DNA of 64,000 nt from Bradymonadia bacterium (GTDB lineage: Bacteria > Myxococcota_A > Bradymonadia > UBA7976 > UBA1532). The notes under the pieces were generated by a model that made no database searches, had not been told where the DNA came from, and saw only the letters and a program-made list of their open reading frames with translations. The stretch lies in the NCBI GenBank assembly GCA_046290225.1, contig JBKAGE010000078.1:192001-256000 (forward strand). Reading direction: 5' to 3'. The translations under genes and the position numbers were made by a program. This document shows positions 27,519 through 37,050 of this stretch, in pieces. How positions within the stretch are numbered: the stretch's first letter is position 1; every line of letters starts with the position of its first letter.

Positions 27519-30500
27519 AGGAGCTGCCCCAATGGGTCACGGAGGTTGGGAACGAGCCTTGAGCAGGACGGCTCGTGGTGGCGCTTTCCTTCACGACGCC
27601 ATCGGCATCACAGTTCATGCACACGGAGAGGTTGGTGCCGCTGGACTCGGCGAACATGGCGCCGTCGAGAGCCTTCCGGGTCACCCCGCGGCCATCTTCG
27701 AGCGTCTCCACCTGCATCTGCTCGGTGGACATCTGATCGCCGCTGGCACCATTGCTCTCGTCGGCGAGGTTGAGCACTACCTGCTCCACTTCTGCACCGC
27801 CACCACAGGAAGGCATCCGCGCAGTGATGAGGCCATAGGCCACCCGCCCCGGCGGCAAGACCACCGCAAGGGCGCTCTCGTCATCTCCCAGGGGCAGCCC
27901 TGCCATCACACGTGAAGAGCGGCCGTCACCGAGGGCGCGTGCCTCGGGCTCCCCATCTGCATCAACGTGGGCGCCAACAGCCTTCACGCCATACAACTTG
28001 CCTTGGGCAGAGCCACAGGCATTGTCGTCTACCTCGGCGAGGGTGGTGAAGAGCACCGCATCGCCCATGGCGACGGGATCTCCCACGGCCCCCTCCCCCT
28101 CGCTGAGGGGGAGCACCCAGTTGGCGCTCACCGCGAATTCGCCGGACTCTCGATCACGTACATCGGAGATGCTCGCCGCAAACCCGCCATCACTCTCTTC
28201 CATTGCAGCACCATCTGCATCGAGGACGCGCTTCTCAGTGGTGAAGATGATCGTGGGCTGGCCATCCGTCCGGTTGACGATGACCGGCTTGCTGGTGATG
28301 GCGCCCCCGCCTTCGTACCCCTGAGCGTCGTCGCCTGCGACGGGCCAGATGGAGGAGAGCGTCCACTGGTTGGGCTGGTCGCTCATGAGGTTCAAGCGCC
28401 AGAGCCGACCCTCGCTGTCGCCGATGTACACCAACTTGGCCACGGCACCCGTCTGAGGTGGCCAGACAGCGGGCGCCCCCACCATGCCACCATCGAGTTC
28501 ACCGGTGATGCCTTGTGATCTGGCAGTGCTGAACTCTCGGATGACCTCACCCGTGAAGGCGTCGATCACGAGCACACATCGCCCTGGGCGATCTGCCCCT
28601 CGACCAGGCCGTCGCTCCGGATCCTCCCCACACCCCACGATCACTGCAGCCTTCGCCTGGTTGCCGATGCGCACCTGGGTCAAGGCTGGCTCGGAGACAG
28701 TATTGCCGAGGCTCTCGACCTCCCGGGTGCTCACCGACCATGGTGGAAAGGAGCCAATGTTCGCGGGGAACAAGAGCTGGTCGCTGATGATGGCGTTCTC
28801 CTCGAGCATGCCGAGGTTGGTGGCATCGACGCCGTAGATCCCCTTGCCGGCACGGCCGAGGGTGCCCACGAGGAACGTCCGGAAGTTGACCTGGGCGCTC
28901 CCGGCATTGGGGCAATCGAGGCCACCCTGAGCATTCATGTTGCGACACACCGGCAGATCCCCACTCACGAGATCACCATCGACCGTGAGCGTGTTCTCCA
29001 TTTGATCGAGCTTGGGCCAGACCTCTCGAGGCACCAGGTTGGCCAGCTCCGCACCGTCGTGTGCTCTGAAGACGTGCACCGCACCATCGTTCGCAGGCAC
29101 GGCGATGACGGTGGGCCGATCTTTGTACTCATCCTTGAAGGCTTTGTAGGCCGGGCTGGTGAAGCTCGCATTGGGACTCGAGATCGCAGTCATCTTGCCT
29201 GCGATCACTGCGCCAAGACGACGTGTACCCCGCCCCTGCGCCCGACGACCATCAGGCAACCCCGCCGGGCCGAAGAAGCCCGCAAGGGTTTGGCCGGCGT
29301 AGTCCACACGGTGCCGCTCATTGACATCAACTCCAGCTTCGTCGGCGTTCTCATCGGCATCACCATCTAAATCGAAGAGCGCATCGTCCATGCCCATGTA
29401 GTCCACGCCAATTCGGCGCCGCTTGGAGTCATCGGGTACGCCGTCTTCGTCGAACAAGGCGTTGATACCGCCCATGACCACCTCAACACCACCATCATCT
29501 GAAGGCGTGAAGGCTCTACGGCGTAGATCATCCTGGTTGAGCCCTTCGTGAAAGCCGGTGACGCCCTGGGAGACCAGGGCGTCGTTCCCGCCACATACAA
29601 AGTCCTCCCGATTGACCACCCCGAACCAGGCGTTGTCGGTGTCGGTGGCCAGCTGAGCATAGGCGCTCACCTGCCATACTTTGGTATTGTTGTTGCCATC
29701 ACCCATGGCCTTGAGATCGGCCTTGGTCGGCGTCACCATCAAAGGTGGTGTGCGGCCCTGACGGCTGGTGGAGTTCTTGGCTTTGATGACATTGAGGGCC
29801 CGCTTGAGCTCATCGGCATTTTCAGCCCAGAACCAGCCATCATTCTCATCTTCGCCGCCACTCGCAGCGGCGATGCTCGCCACCTTGGCCTGCAGGAGAG
29901 GATTGCTGTCTTTGGGGCCCACACCAATGACGTAGACCGTCACACCGCTGGCGTCGAGGGCCGCAGCAGCGGCCTCGCTGGTCTGGTACGGCCAGCCCTC
30001 GGGGTATTTACACGCCCTCAAGCCGCCCTGGCCGAGCTCGCAGCTGCCACCTGCACAGTCGTTGTTGTCATTGCAGGGCTGACCCCCGTAGTAGTCCGTG
30101 GGCACGCTGCCCAGGATCAACACCGCAATGCGGCGGCGACAGTTGCCCCCTTCTTCATTGCGTCGGCTGATGTGGGCTTCGAGATCGGTGAGGGCCGCGG
30201 CGACAGGGGCTCGCCCCATGGGCACGATGCGGCGCAGCTCGTCCATGACGTACCGGTTGTGGGCAGCGATCGAAGCAGGCTGCTCGGACACGACGATGTT
30301 AATGCCACCAGGGACGCCCCGCTCACCGTCGACTGAGCGCCCGTTGATGGCGTCGAAGGTGCGAATGCCCATGTTAGGTTGTGTCACGCCACCACCGGGG
30401 AACGAGGTGGCGTCGGCAACACTCTGGGGGACGTTCAGGACCTCGCCACCGAAGGAAGCAGTGTCTTGAGGGCCCTCTTTCTGCGCGGAGACGTCAAAGG

Positions 30501-31047
30501 ACATCACCCCGAAACGTACGGTTTCGATGTTCTGCTGGATGAAGCCATCGTCGGTGAACGCCTGCAGATTCCGCGTGGCGTCGTCGAACCCACGGGCCTT
30601 GCCGTGATCGTTGTTGCAGGGCGCCCAATCCTTGCAATCATTCGCAACGGAAAGCTCGCAACACATCGCCCGGGCGTGCACGAACGACAGCTGCCCGTCG
30701 TTGTAATGGTGGCCCTCTCGATTGTCGAGGACACACCAGTGGTCACCGAGCGCCGAGCGGCCGGCGAGGGCTTCCTGCACCACCATCATCCGGGTCTTGC
30801 TGTAGAGGTTGAATGCTCTCTGCGGGGTCATGTCATCCCGAACCGGACCCGCATCACAGCTGGGCTGGCCAAAGCCGACGATGCGCTGAGACATCTCCCG
30901 AGAGCTGTCGATGAGCAGCAACATCTCTGGGGCGTTGCCCCCGCCATCGAGAGCGACAGCGTTCTCCTGCCCATGGGCGACGCCCACAAGGGCGAAGCCC
31001 GACAGCAGCGAGATCAGCAGGGTCTGAGTCGTTGTACTGAGACGCAT
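27508..31047 (-). CDS. pilY1: PilY1/PilC-family type IV pilus tip adhesin
   Basis: Signal peptide; vWA-like N-region (LLLIDSS, VRFGVMSFD, GVTVYVIGVG); beta-propeller motifs ANDGAVHVF, GKGIYGVD, VYIGDSEGRLWR; follows pilX. Confidence 0.8.
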   Translation of the reverse strand: MRLSTTTQTLLISLLSGFALVGVAHGQENAVALDGGGNAPEMLLLIDSSREMSQRIVGFGQPSCDAGPVRDDMTPQRAFNLYSKTRMMVVQEALAGRSALGDHWCVLDNREGHHYNDGQLSFVHARAMCCELSVANDCKDWAPCNNDHGKARGFDDATRNLQAFTDDGFIQQNIETVRFGVMSFDVSAQKEGPQDTASFGGEVLNVPQSVADATSFPGGGVTQPNMGIRTFDAINGRSVDGERGVPGGINIVVSEQPASIAAHNRYVMDELRRIVPMGRAPVAAALTDLEAHISRRNEEGGNCRRRIAVLILGSVPTDYYGGQPCNDNNDCAGGSCELGQGGLRACKYPEGWPYQTSEAAAAALDASGVTVYVIGVGPKDSNPLLQAKVASIAAASGGEDENDGWFWAENADELKRALNVIKAKNSTSRQGRTPPLMVTPTKADLKAMGDGNNNTKVWQVSAYAQLATDTDNAWFGVVNREDFVCGGNDALVSQGVTGFHEGLNQDDLRRRAFTPSDDGGVEVVMGGINALFDEDGVPDDSKRRRIGVDYMGMDDALFDLDGDADENADEAGVDVNERHRVDYAGQTLAGFFGPAGLPDGRRAQGRGTRRLGAVIAGKMTAISSPNASFTSPAYKAFKDEYKDRPTVIAVPANDGAVHVFRAHDGAELANLVPREVWPKLDQMENTLTVDGDLVSGDLPVCRNMNAQGGLDCPNAGSAQVNFRTFLVGTLGRAGKGIYGVDATNLGMLEENAIISDQLLFPANIGSFPPWSVSTREVESLGNTVSEPALTQVRIGNQAKAAVIVGCGEDPERRPGRGADRPGRCVLVIDAFTGEVIREFSTARSQGITGELDGGMVGAPAVWPPQTGAVAKLVYIGDSEGRLWRLNLMSDQPNQWTLSSIWPVAGDDAQGYEGGGAITSKPVIVNRTDGQPTIIFTTEKRVLDADGAAMEESDGGFAASISDVRDRESGEFAVSANWVLPLSEGEGAVGDPVAMGDAVLFTTLAEVDDNACGSAQGKLYGVKAVGAHVDADGEPEARALGDGRSSRVMAGLPLGDDESALAVVLPPGRVAYGLITARMPSCGGGAEVEQVVLNLADESNGASGDQMSTEQMQVETLEDGRGVTRKALDGAMFAESSGTNLSVCMNCDADGVVKESATTSRPAQGSFPTSVTHWGSSFAD

Positions 31048-31048
31048 G

Positions 31049-31711
31049 TCAACTCCCACACAGCGCGTTGGGGACCTCGGCGAGGTACATGGCAGATTTC
31101 ACCGCATGCTCCGCGAAGGGTCGGTCAAAGTTGAGATTCTGATAGTCGGCGGGCTTGGCCACGGCCTCGCTGGCCACGTAGCCAAAAGACGTGAACTCGA
31201 GCAGGCAATAGGTGTAGCCATCGCGTGAGCTCTGACCTGGCGGATCGCTCACCGGCTCGAACCCTTCCACCCGGACATAGTAGCTGGCCACGAGGCCCGA
31301 GGTTTCACCGAAGACGCCGAGGGCGTTCGGGGTAGCCCCACCAAAGAAGTCGGGTGAGGCCGGCTCCACGAACCCTTCAGGCTGGTCGAGCGGGTCCTCA
31401 GCCTCGGGATCATTGAGGCTGTAAGCGTCGATGTCACCGTCGCTCGTGACCTTTATCCAGCAGTCCCCGTTGCATCCTGTAGATTCCCGCAGCTGCATCA
31501 CGTTCGGATCACTGTTGAACAACGTGTTGGCGTGAAACAGCCCCGCCTCGGCGATGTACCGGGCCTGCTTGGAGAGCTTCAGGTTGCCTGAGCCTGCGAC
31601 GGTCTGCGTGGTGGTGTGCATGGCCATCAGGCCCAAGGCCAGCATGGCGCTCAAGATGAGCACTGCCAGGACCAGGGCGCTGCCACGCTCGCTTCTGCGC
31701 TTCACCCTCAT
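31049..31711 (-). CDS. pilX: Minor pilin PilX-like
   Basis: RGSALVLAVLIL prepilin site without E5; QARYIAEAGL motif. Confidence 0.85.
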   Translation of the reverse strand: MRVKRRSERGSALVLAVLILSAMLALGLMAMHTTTQTVAGSGNLKLSKQARYIAEAGLFHANTLFNSDPNVMQLRESTGCNGDCWIKVTSDGDIDAYSLNDPEAEDPLDQPEGFVEPASPDFFGGATPNALGVFGETSGLVASYYVRVEGFEPVSDPPGQSSRDGYTYCLLEFTSFGYVASEAVAKPADYQNLNFDRPFAEHAVKSAMYLAEVPNALCGS

Positions 31712-32928
31712 GGTGCCCCCCAGCTGTAGGACTTGACGATGTTGGGGGTCTCCACCACCGACGACAGCGTCGCCACTCTGGCGAGCGTGTCCTGAGCGCC
31801 GCCGCCCACCTGCACGTTGAACCAGTTGCGATCAGCCATCTTCTGGTTGGCGATGCCCAGGGTGAACTGATTGTCCTCTCGGGGTGTCCGCGCAGCGAGC
31901 AGCATGTGAATGCCCCGCAGTCGATGGGTCCGCAGGTTCATGGCTTCTTCTTCATCTTCGAGCCAGTTCCCCACGTCATCAGTGAGATCGTCATCTGCAG
32001 GGAAAGAGGGTGTCAGTGATCCCGGTGCTCGAGTGTCGTAGTGACCCCAGAACTGCAGGTTGACCACATAGTCGGCGATGACCAGGGTGCTGCCATCTCG
32101 AACCGCGAGATCACCCCCCTGGACCGTGAGCTCCCGCCGCACCAGGTCCGACTTGCGGGGCAAGTCGGGATCAGCCTGGAGGGCGTATTCCACCACCTCG
32201 ATGGGGTTCACGGTGCAATCACCCGTGCACAAGACATCCTGGATGCACGGCCCCGTGCTCAGGGCGTCATTGTTCGCGAGGGTGATGGTGGCCGGCAGCC
32301 CGGCGCCGTTGAACTGCACCGCGGTGATGGGCACCAGATCGATCATGGGGGGGTTGGCCTGCAGTGTATGAATGAGCAGGTAGCGACCCGGCACGAACAT
32401 CGACTCGAAGCGCGCCGCGCTGTTCATGATGGCTCGACCCGTGATGGTGCTCTGCTGATCTGCGGCGGCGACGACGACCTGGTTGCCGTTGATGCTCTGG
32501 GTCTTCAGCGGGTTCCCTGACGAAGCATCCCTGAGCAACCGCAGGCGATCCGGGTTGAACGGTTCGTCTTCGTTGAGGAAGCCTGGGGCGTTCGCGTCGT
32601 CGTCGAACAACCTGACCGCCGAGATGCCCTCTTCAGGCCGGCAAAACAGGTTGGCCTCGGGGTTGTTCCAGCTGTTCGGATCCCCGGAGATGATTGTGTT
32701 GCGGCCGGCATTGCGCAGGTCGTTCTTGACGAATTCCACGGCAAAGCGCACCGACTCCTGCATCTGCACCACCTGCTCCTGCAAGTAGTACTGTCGAGCG
32801 TTGTTGATGAAGACGAAGTAGATGGACATCAACACCACCGCCGCGAGGAGCACTGAGACGAGCAGCTCCACGAGGGTGAACCCTCGAGCGCCCTGGAGAC
32901 GGGCTGGTGAACGTCGAGTCATGATCAT
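31708..32928 (-). CDS. pilW: Minor pilin PilW-like
   Basis: RGFTLVELLVS prepilin site; QMQESVRFAVEFVKNDLRNAG; start 32928 overlaps the pilV stop (ATGA). Confidence 0.85.
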   Translation of the reverse strand: MIMTRRSPARLQGARGFTLVELLVSVLLAAVVLMSIYFVFINNARQYYLQEQVVQMQESVRFAVEFVKNDLRNAGRNTIISGDPNSWNNPEANLFCRPEEGISAVRLFDDDANAPGFLNEDEPFNPDRLRLLRDASSGNPLKTQSINGNQVVVAAADQQSTITGRAIMNSAARFESMFVPGRYLLIHTLQANPPMIDLVPITAVQFNGAGLPATITLANNDALSTGPCIQDVLCTGDCTVNPIEVVEYALQADPDLPRKSDLVRRELTVQGGDLAVRDGSTLVIADYVVNLQFWGHYDTRAPGSLTPSFPADDDLTDDVGNWLEDEEEAMNLRTHRLRGIHMLLAARTPREDNQFTLGIANQKMADRNWFNVQVGGGAQDTLARVATLSSVVETPNIVKSYSWGAP

Positions 32929-33482
32929 GTTCCCGGTTGATGGAATCGAAGCGTGATGGGCAATGTCACCGAGCGAATGACGTTGTTGGCGCTCGGGCGG
33001 CCATCGAAGCCATTGGCGTTGGCCTCGGCACACACCCCTTCGAGGGTGGCTCTGTCCTGAGGATCCCAGGACCACATGACCCGGACACGACCATTCATGA
33101 GGCCCTGGTAGGGTGCTGCGGCGATGGGCGACAACCAGTAATGCACACAGAACCGCTGTCGACGCAGATCGCTGCCGGTGTCGGCGTCGAGGATGAGATC
33201 GTTGTGATCCAGGGGCTCGTCCGAGAACGTGTGCCATGTCCCGTCGGACCGCGACAGAAAGGGCGCAGGCGGCGCATCTCGAACGGTCCAGTTGTGGCTG
33301 CTCTGCCGCAGGATCTCTGCATATCGCTCGGCGAGGTTGATGGCGGCGGAGAAGTCCTTGGCCGAGACGTTGCCCTGAATGGTGCTCAGCTGCATCGAAA
33401 AGACCGCGGCAAAGCCGATGGCGGAGACCGCCACGGCGATGAGCGTCTCGATGACAGTGTAGCCCTTCTGAAAGCGCTTCAT
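32925..33482 (-). CDS. pilV: Minor pilin PilV-like
   Basis: KGYTVIETLIAVAVSAIGFAAVFSMQ prepilin; cluster position. Confidence 0.8.
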   Translation of the reverse strand: MKRFQKGYTVIETLIAVAVSAIGFAAVFSMQLSTIQGNVSAKDFSAAINLAERYAEILRQSSHNWTVRDAPPAPFLSRSDGTWHTFSDEPLDHNDLILDADTGSDLRRQRFCVHYWLSPIAAAPYQGLMNGRVRVMWSWDPQDRATLEGVCAEANANGFDGRPSANNVIRSVTLPITLRFHQPGT

Positions 33483-34159
33483 GCCCCGCTCTCCATTCTC
33501 AGACGCGCGGGCCCGGCGAAGGGGATCATGATGCCCCGTGCGGGGCCGGCGATGTCTCCGGCCGGTGTGAAACGCTGCAGTCGCAGCTCCAGTGCACCTG
33601 CTCGGTTGGCATCTTCGCCAGGGGGGAACGGCTCGAGCGTGTGGGCATTGAGGATGGCCCCATCTGGTTTGAGGCAGATGAAGACCCGACCACCATCGAG
33701 GGCCGCCTCGGGGATCACGGTGGCGAAGCCGATGCTCTCGTCTTTGTCGAGCCCAAAGCGGCGCTCATTGTCGAAGCTGGGTGAGAGGCCGTAGGTGGCT
33801 CGGACCACCACATTCTCGAGGTCGTCTTCTTGATCGACGGCGGCCCTGCACGAGGAGGTGAGGGCCTCGACCACCCGAAGCTCGCCCAGAGGCTCGTCTT
33901 CGCTGAAGCTCGAGATGCTCACGAGGTGGGCTCGATTCCGACGACGAGCGCGATCCTTCATCTCGTTGAGCAAGTGGCTGGTGTGAGAGACCACCCCAGT
34001 GGCCCGATCTCGCTCTCCGAGGTTACGGAGTGTGGGGTAGGTCACCATGGAGAGCAGGCCGAGGATGGCCACCACGATGGCCAGCTCCACCATGGTCAGG
34101 CCCTTGGGCTGCACGCGACGCGTGTCAGCTCTGCAGGTGTGATGACGTTGTTGCCTCAA
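33479..34159 (-). CDS. fimU: Minor pilin FimU/FimT-like
   Basis: KGLTMVELAIVVAILGLL...YP prepilin; first gene of the cluster; TTG start with GAGGG SD. Confidence 0.75.
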   Translation of the reverse strand: MRQQRHHTCRADTRRVQPKGLTMVELAIVVAILGLLSMVTYPTLRNLGERDRATGVVSHTSHLLNEMKDRARRRNRAHLVSISSFSEDEPLGELRVVEALTSSCRAAVDQEDDLENVVVRATYGLSPSFDNERRFGLDKDESIGFATVIPEAALDGGRVFICLKPDGAILNAHTLEPFPPGEDANRAGALELRLQRFTPAGDIAGPARGIMIPFAGPARLRMESGA

Positions 34160-34201
34160 TGGTCCCTCTTCGTCGTACGGCTCTCCCGGAGCCAGGTCAG
34201 C

Positions 34202-34216
34202 GCAAGTTCCGTGCCG
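34202..34216 (-). promoter_or_regulatory. Sigma54 -24/-12 promoter for the minor pilin/pilY1 operon
   Basis: Minus strand CGGCACGGAACTTGC (GGCACG-N4-TTGC), 43 bp upstream of the fimU start. Confidence 0.72.
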
Positions 34217-34316
34217 TATACAGTCGTCGGCTCATTGCCCGGGACGCCAGAAGTTTTTCGGCATCTGGTCCTGACGCCGCTATGAAATTTTTGCGTAACC
34301 AGCGAATGATTGCGCA

Positions 34317-35729
34317 GTGCAGGGGGCTCTCCTTAGGATACCGGCCATGCCTGCCCACCTCGGGGCCCGCCCCCTACAGATGGCCACGTGCCTGTTGCTG
34401 TCGATGGTGCCCTTCCGAGGCGCGCTGAGCCAGACCCCTGCCCCTGGCGATGCCGCTGCAGGTGGAGTGGTCTGGCACACGCACGGGCAAATCTGGGTGG
34501 ACGCCACACGTTGGCGATCTCCCCATCGCAGGGAGATCCAGGACACGACGGTGGTGCGCCACCGATTGCGCTTCGGCGCTTACAACCTCATCGAGGGTGA
34601 GCCTCGGCGTGCCCGCCTTGAGGTGGACCTCGAAATCGGCGCCGACCTGGGTCCCCCAGGTTCTGAGGTCGATGCTCTGCCGTACACCCGCCGCGCCACC
34701 TTCGACCTGCGCTCGGCTCAGCTGCAGCTGGAAGACATCGTGGGGCCCATCAGCCTCTCCGCTGGGCGTCTGCAGCTCTTCGACCCTGCAGGCTTCGATG
34801 CCCTCGACGGCGCCCGGGTGACCGTGGCGCTGCCCCATGTTCATGTGCATGGCGCTGGCGGCTGGGCCGCTCATCGTCGAACCTGGGGGGCCGGACCCGA
34901 CCAGCCCACGCCCGAGGGTGTGCTGCCTGATCCTGCCGGGCGGCTCTACGGCCTCGGTTTCCACACGCAAAAATTGCCGGGCGTTCAGCTTCAAGGGGCA
35001 TGGCGACAGCGGGTCGATGGCGACGGACGAATCGAGCGCTCCCTCGCGGGTGCTCAGCTCGTACTGGGCGCCCTCGGGCCGGTGAGCTTGCAGAGCCGCG
35101 GCACCTGGGATCTGTACTTGAAGCAGCCTGTGGAGCTCTCTGCAGGTGCCGATGCAACCGTGTCGGATCTCTTGACGCTCTCCACCACAGTGCGGAGGCG
35201 CCGGCCGATCTACGCCGCCTCGAGCATCTGGTCCGCCTTCGACCCTCGACCCTTCGACGCGCTCTCGGCCCAGGGCCAGCTCTCCACAGAGCGATGGCGC
35301 GGTCGCCTCAGCGCCGACCTCAGGCAATATGCTGATGACGGCCGTGGGCAAGCAGTGCGCTTCGACGGTCAGCGGCTCATGGGAGCAGTCGAGGCTCCAG
35401 GCCACGTAGGGGTGTGGAGTCAACTCACCTGGGGCCACGGGGGTGCCCAGCTCCGAGGGGATCTCAATGGCGCAGTCCCCTTCCTCTTTGAGCGTGGAGA
35501 GCCGCCTGTCTGGCTCCGCGGTCGGATAGGCGTCGTGCACAGCGCCGGTGACGACACCCTCTCAAGGGTGGCCGAGTGGTCGGGCACGAGTGGCTGGCTG
35601 CTCATGGCCCTGAGATGGCCTGCATCGGAGACCGCCCACATCGAATGTGTCGCCGAGAGCCATCACAGCGCCTTCACGCCTGCCCGCATGCGCGTAATGG
35701 CCCGCATCGTAGCGGAGGAGTGGCTGTGA
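34317..35729 (+). CDS. Putative outer-membrane beta-barrel protein (porin-like)
   Basis: Probable signal peptide (start may be ATG 34347 or 34380); many amphipathic strands (ARLEVDLEIG, SLSAGRLQLFD, LDGARVTV, VQLQGAWRQR); C-terminal strand RMRVMARIVAEEWL; GTGA-coupled to the cytochrome. Confidence 0.6.
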   Translation: MQGALLRIPAMPAHLGARPLQMATCLLLSMVPFRGALSQTPAPGDAAAGGVVWHTHGQIWVDATRWRSPHRREIQDTTVVRHRLRFGAYNLIEGEPRRARLEVDLEIGADLGPPGSEVDALPYTRRATFDLRSAQLQLEDIVGPISLSAGRLQLFDPAGFDALDGARVTVALPHVHVHGAGGWAAHRRTWGAGPDQPTPEGVLPDPAGRLYGLGFHTQKLPGVQLQGAWRQRVDGDGRIERSLAGAQLVLGALGPVSLQSRGTWDLYLKQPVELSAGADATVSDLLTLSTTVRRRRPIYAASSIWSAFDPRPFDALSAQGQLSTERWRGRLSADLRQYADDGRGQAVRFDGQRLMGAVEAPGHVGVWSQLTWGHGGAQLRGDLNGAVPFLFERGEPPVWLRGRIGVVHSAGDDTLSRVAEWSGTSGWLLMALRWPASETAHIECVAESHHSAFTPARMRVMARIVAEEWL

Positions 35730-36928
35730 ACCGGATCCTGCTCTGCCTGAGCATCGCGCTCGTCTGTCCGGGCCCGACATATGCCCAGCACGGCGAGGTC
35801 CCCGCGGCGTCGCAGCCATCGCTGAAGGCGCCGGGGTTCGGCACGCCCGTCATCGTGGAGCCACTGCGGGCCACGGCTCCGGAGATGGTGGTGCCTGGTG
35901 CTTCAGCCCGTGGCAGGGATCCCCGTCGAGTGATGTATCCATCCAAGGCATCCAGCTTTGATCATGTGGCTCATCGTGCAGGCGGTGAGTCGACTCGATG
36001 CCTGACCTGCCACGGTGCCGCCCTCACAGGGGCCCATGCGTCTTCGATGTCGCCTAAGGGAGCCCCCAATCCAGCCCTGCAAGCGCAAGTGAAATTCGAC
36101 CACAGCCTGCACCATCGACAAGGCATTGCCTGTGCGCGCTGCCATGGCGGCATAGATGGCACCTCAGCGCGGCCCGCGGGTGTGGGTCCAGACCATTTGC
36201 CCGACATGTCCTTGTGCCTTGGGTGTCATGAAGACTGGGCCTCGGACCGGGTGGCCTTCCAATGTGGTCGGTGTCACCTCACGGATCCTGGTGGCCGGGT
36301 GCTCACCGATCTGCCCTCCGGACAGTTCGTGCCTGTGGGCCGATATGGGTACGGCGATCACCGTCTGGGCTTCGACACAGGCCACGGACCGCTCGCCCTG
36401 GCCCACCCGGACAGGTGCGAGACCTGCCATGCCCCCGCTCGATGCCAGACCTGCCACACCGGCTCGATCAGACCCGTCAGCCAGCACCCCGCGGACTACC
36501 TCATGCATCACGGCCCCGACGCCCGGCGCAATGATCCGGAGTGCAGCACCTGCCATCGGGTCAGCATCGATTGCGTGGGCTGCCACCTGCGCAGTGGCCT
36601 TGGCGATGCCACGGCAGGCCCCCTGGCCTATGGCGCCGACGGGGTGGCCCGGGGCAGTTATCACAGCGCAACGTTCGTCGGTCGCCCGGGGGATCCGCCA
36701 GGGCCAGATCATCATCGACACGAGGCGCGCCGCAACCTCGACGCCTGCGTCAGCTGTCACAGCGAGCAGAGCTGCATGCGGTGTCACAGCACAGGCGCCC
36801 CGTCTGGCCTGAGAGCCAGCCCCCACGCCGACACGGCGAATCTGTGCGCCGGCCCGTGGCGACTCAACCCCACGGGCTGCTTGAAGTGCCACACTGATGC
36901 TGCTGGCCTTGAACGCCTGTGCCCTTGA
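35726..36928 (+). CDS. Exported multiheme c-type cytochrome, 11 CxxCH motifs
   Basis: GGAGGAG SD + GTG; signal MNRILLCLSIALVCPGPTYA; CLTCH, CARCH, CLGCH, CGRCH, CETCH, CQTCH, CSTCH, CVGCH, CVSCH, CMRCH, CLKCH; FDHSLH-type distal His motifs. Confidence 0.92.
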   Translation: MNRILLCLSIALVCPGPTYAQHGEVPAASQPSLKAPGFGTPVIVEPLRATAPEMVVPGASARGRDPRRVMYPSKASSFDHVAHRAGGESTRCLTCHGAALTGAHASSMSPKGAPNPALQAQVKFDHSLHHRQGIACARCHGGIDGTSARPAGVGPDHLPDMSLCLGCHEDWASDRVAFQCGRCHLTDPGGRVLTDLPSGQFVPVGRYGYGDHRLGFDTGHGPLALAHPDRCETCHAPARCQTCHTGSIRPVSQHPADYLMHHGPDARRNDPECSTCHRVSIDCVGCHLRSGLGDATAGPLAYGADGVARGSYHSATFVGRPGDPPGPDHHRHEARRNLDACVSCHSEQSCMRCHSTGAPSGLRASPHADTANLCAGPWRLNPTGCLKCHTDAAGLERLCP

Positions 36929-36963
36929 GCAGTGCTACCCTTGAGCAATACTGCCCTTGAGCA
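36922..36963. repeat. CCCTTGAGCA x3 at 16-bp period overlapping the cytochrome stop
   Basis: Exact 10-mers at 36922, 36938, 36954 with variable 6-nt spacers; degenerate fourth unit near 36970. Confidence 0.8.
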
Positions 36964-37050
36964 GAGATGCCCCTCGATCAAGATGATCATTGGGCCTGAG
37001 ATGCTGTTGTCGTAGGGTACGAGGATCGAACAGCCATTGGATGATCATCG

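Noticed and set aside
32929..33237. ORF-track N-terminal extension of pilW (likewise 35576 for the cytochrome, 57472, 52023, 63178)
   Set aside because: The extensions overlap neighbouring genes or precede the signal/prepilin motif; downstream starts have SD sequences or stop-start coupling.
36922..36963. Repeat-spacer pattern as a mini-CRISPR (also 3225-3285)
   Set aside because: Repeats and spacers are far too short (10+6 bp; 28+5 bp) and there are no cas genes.
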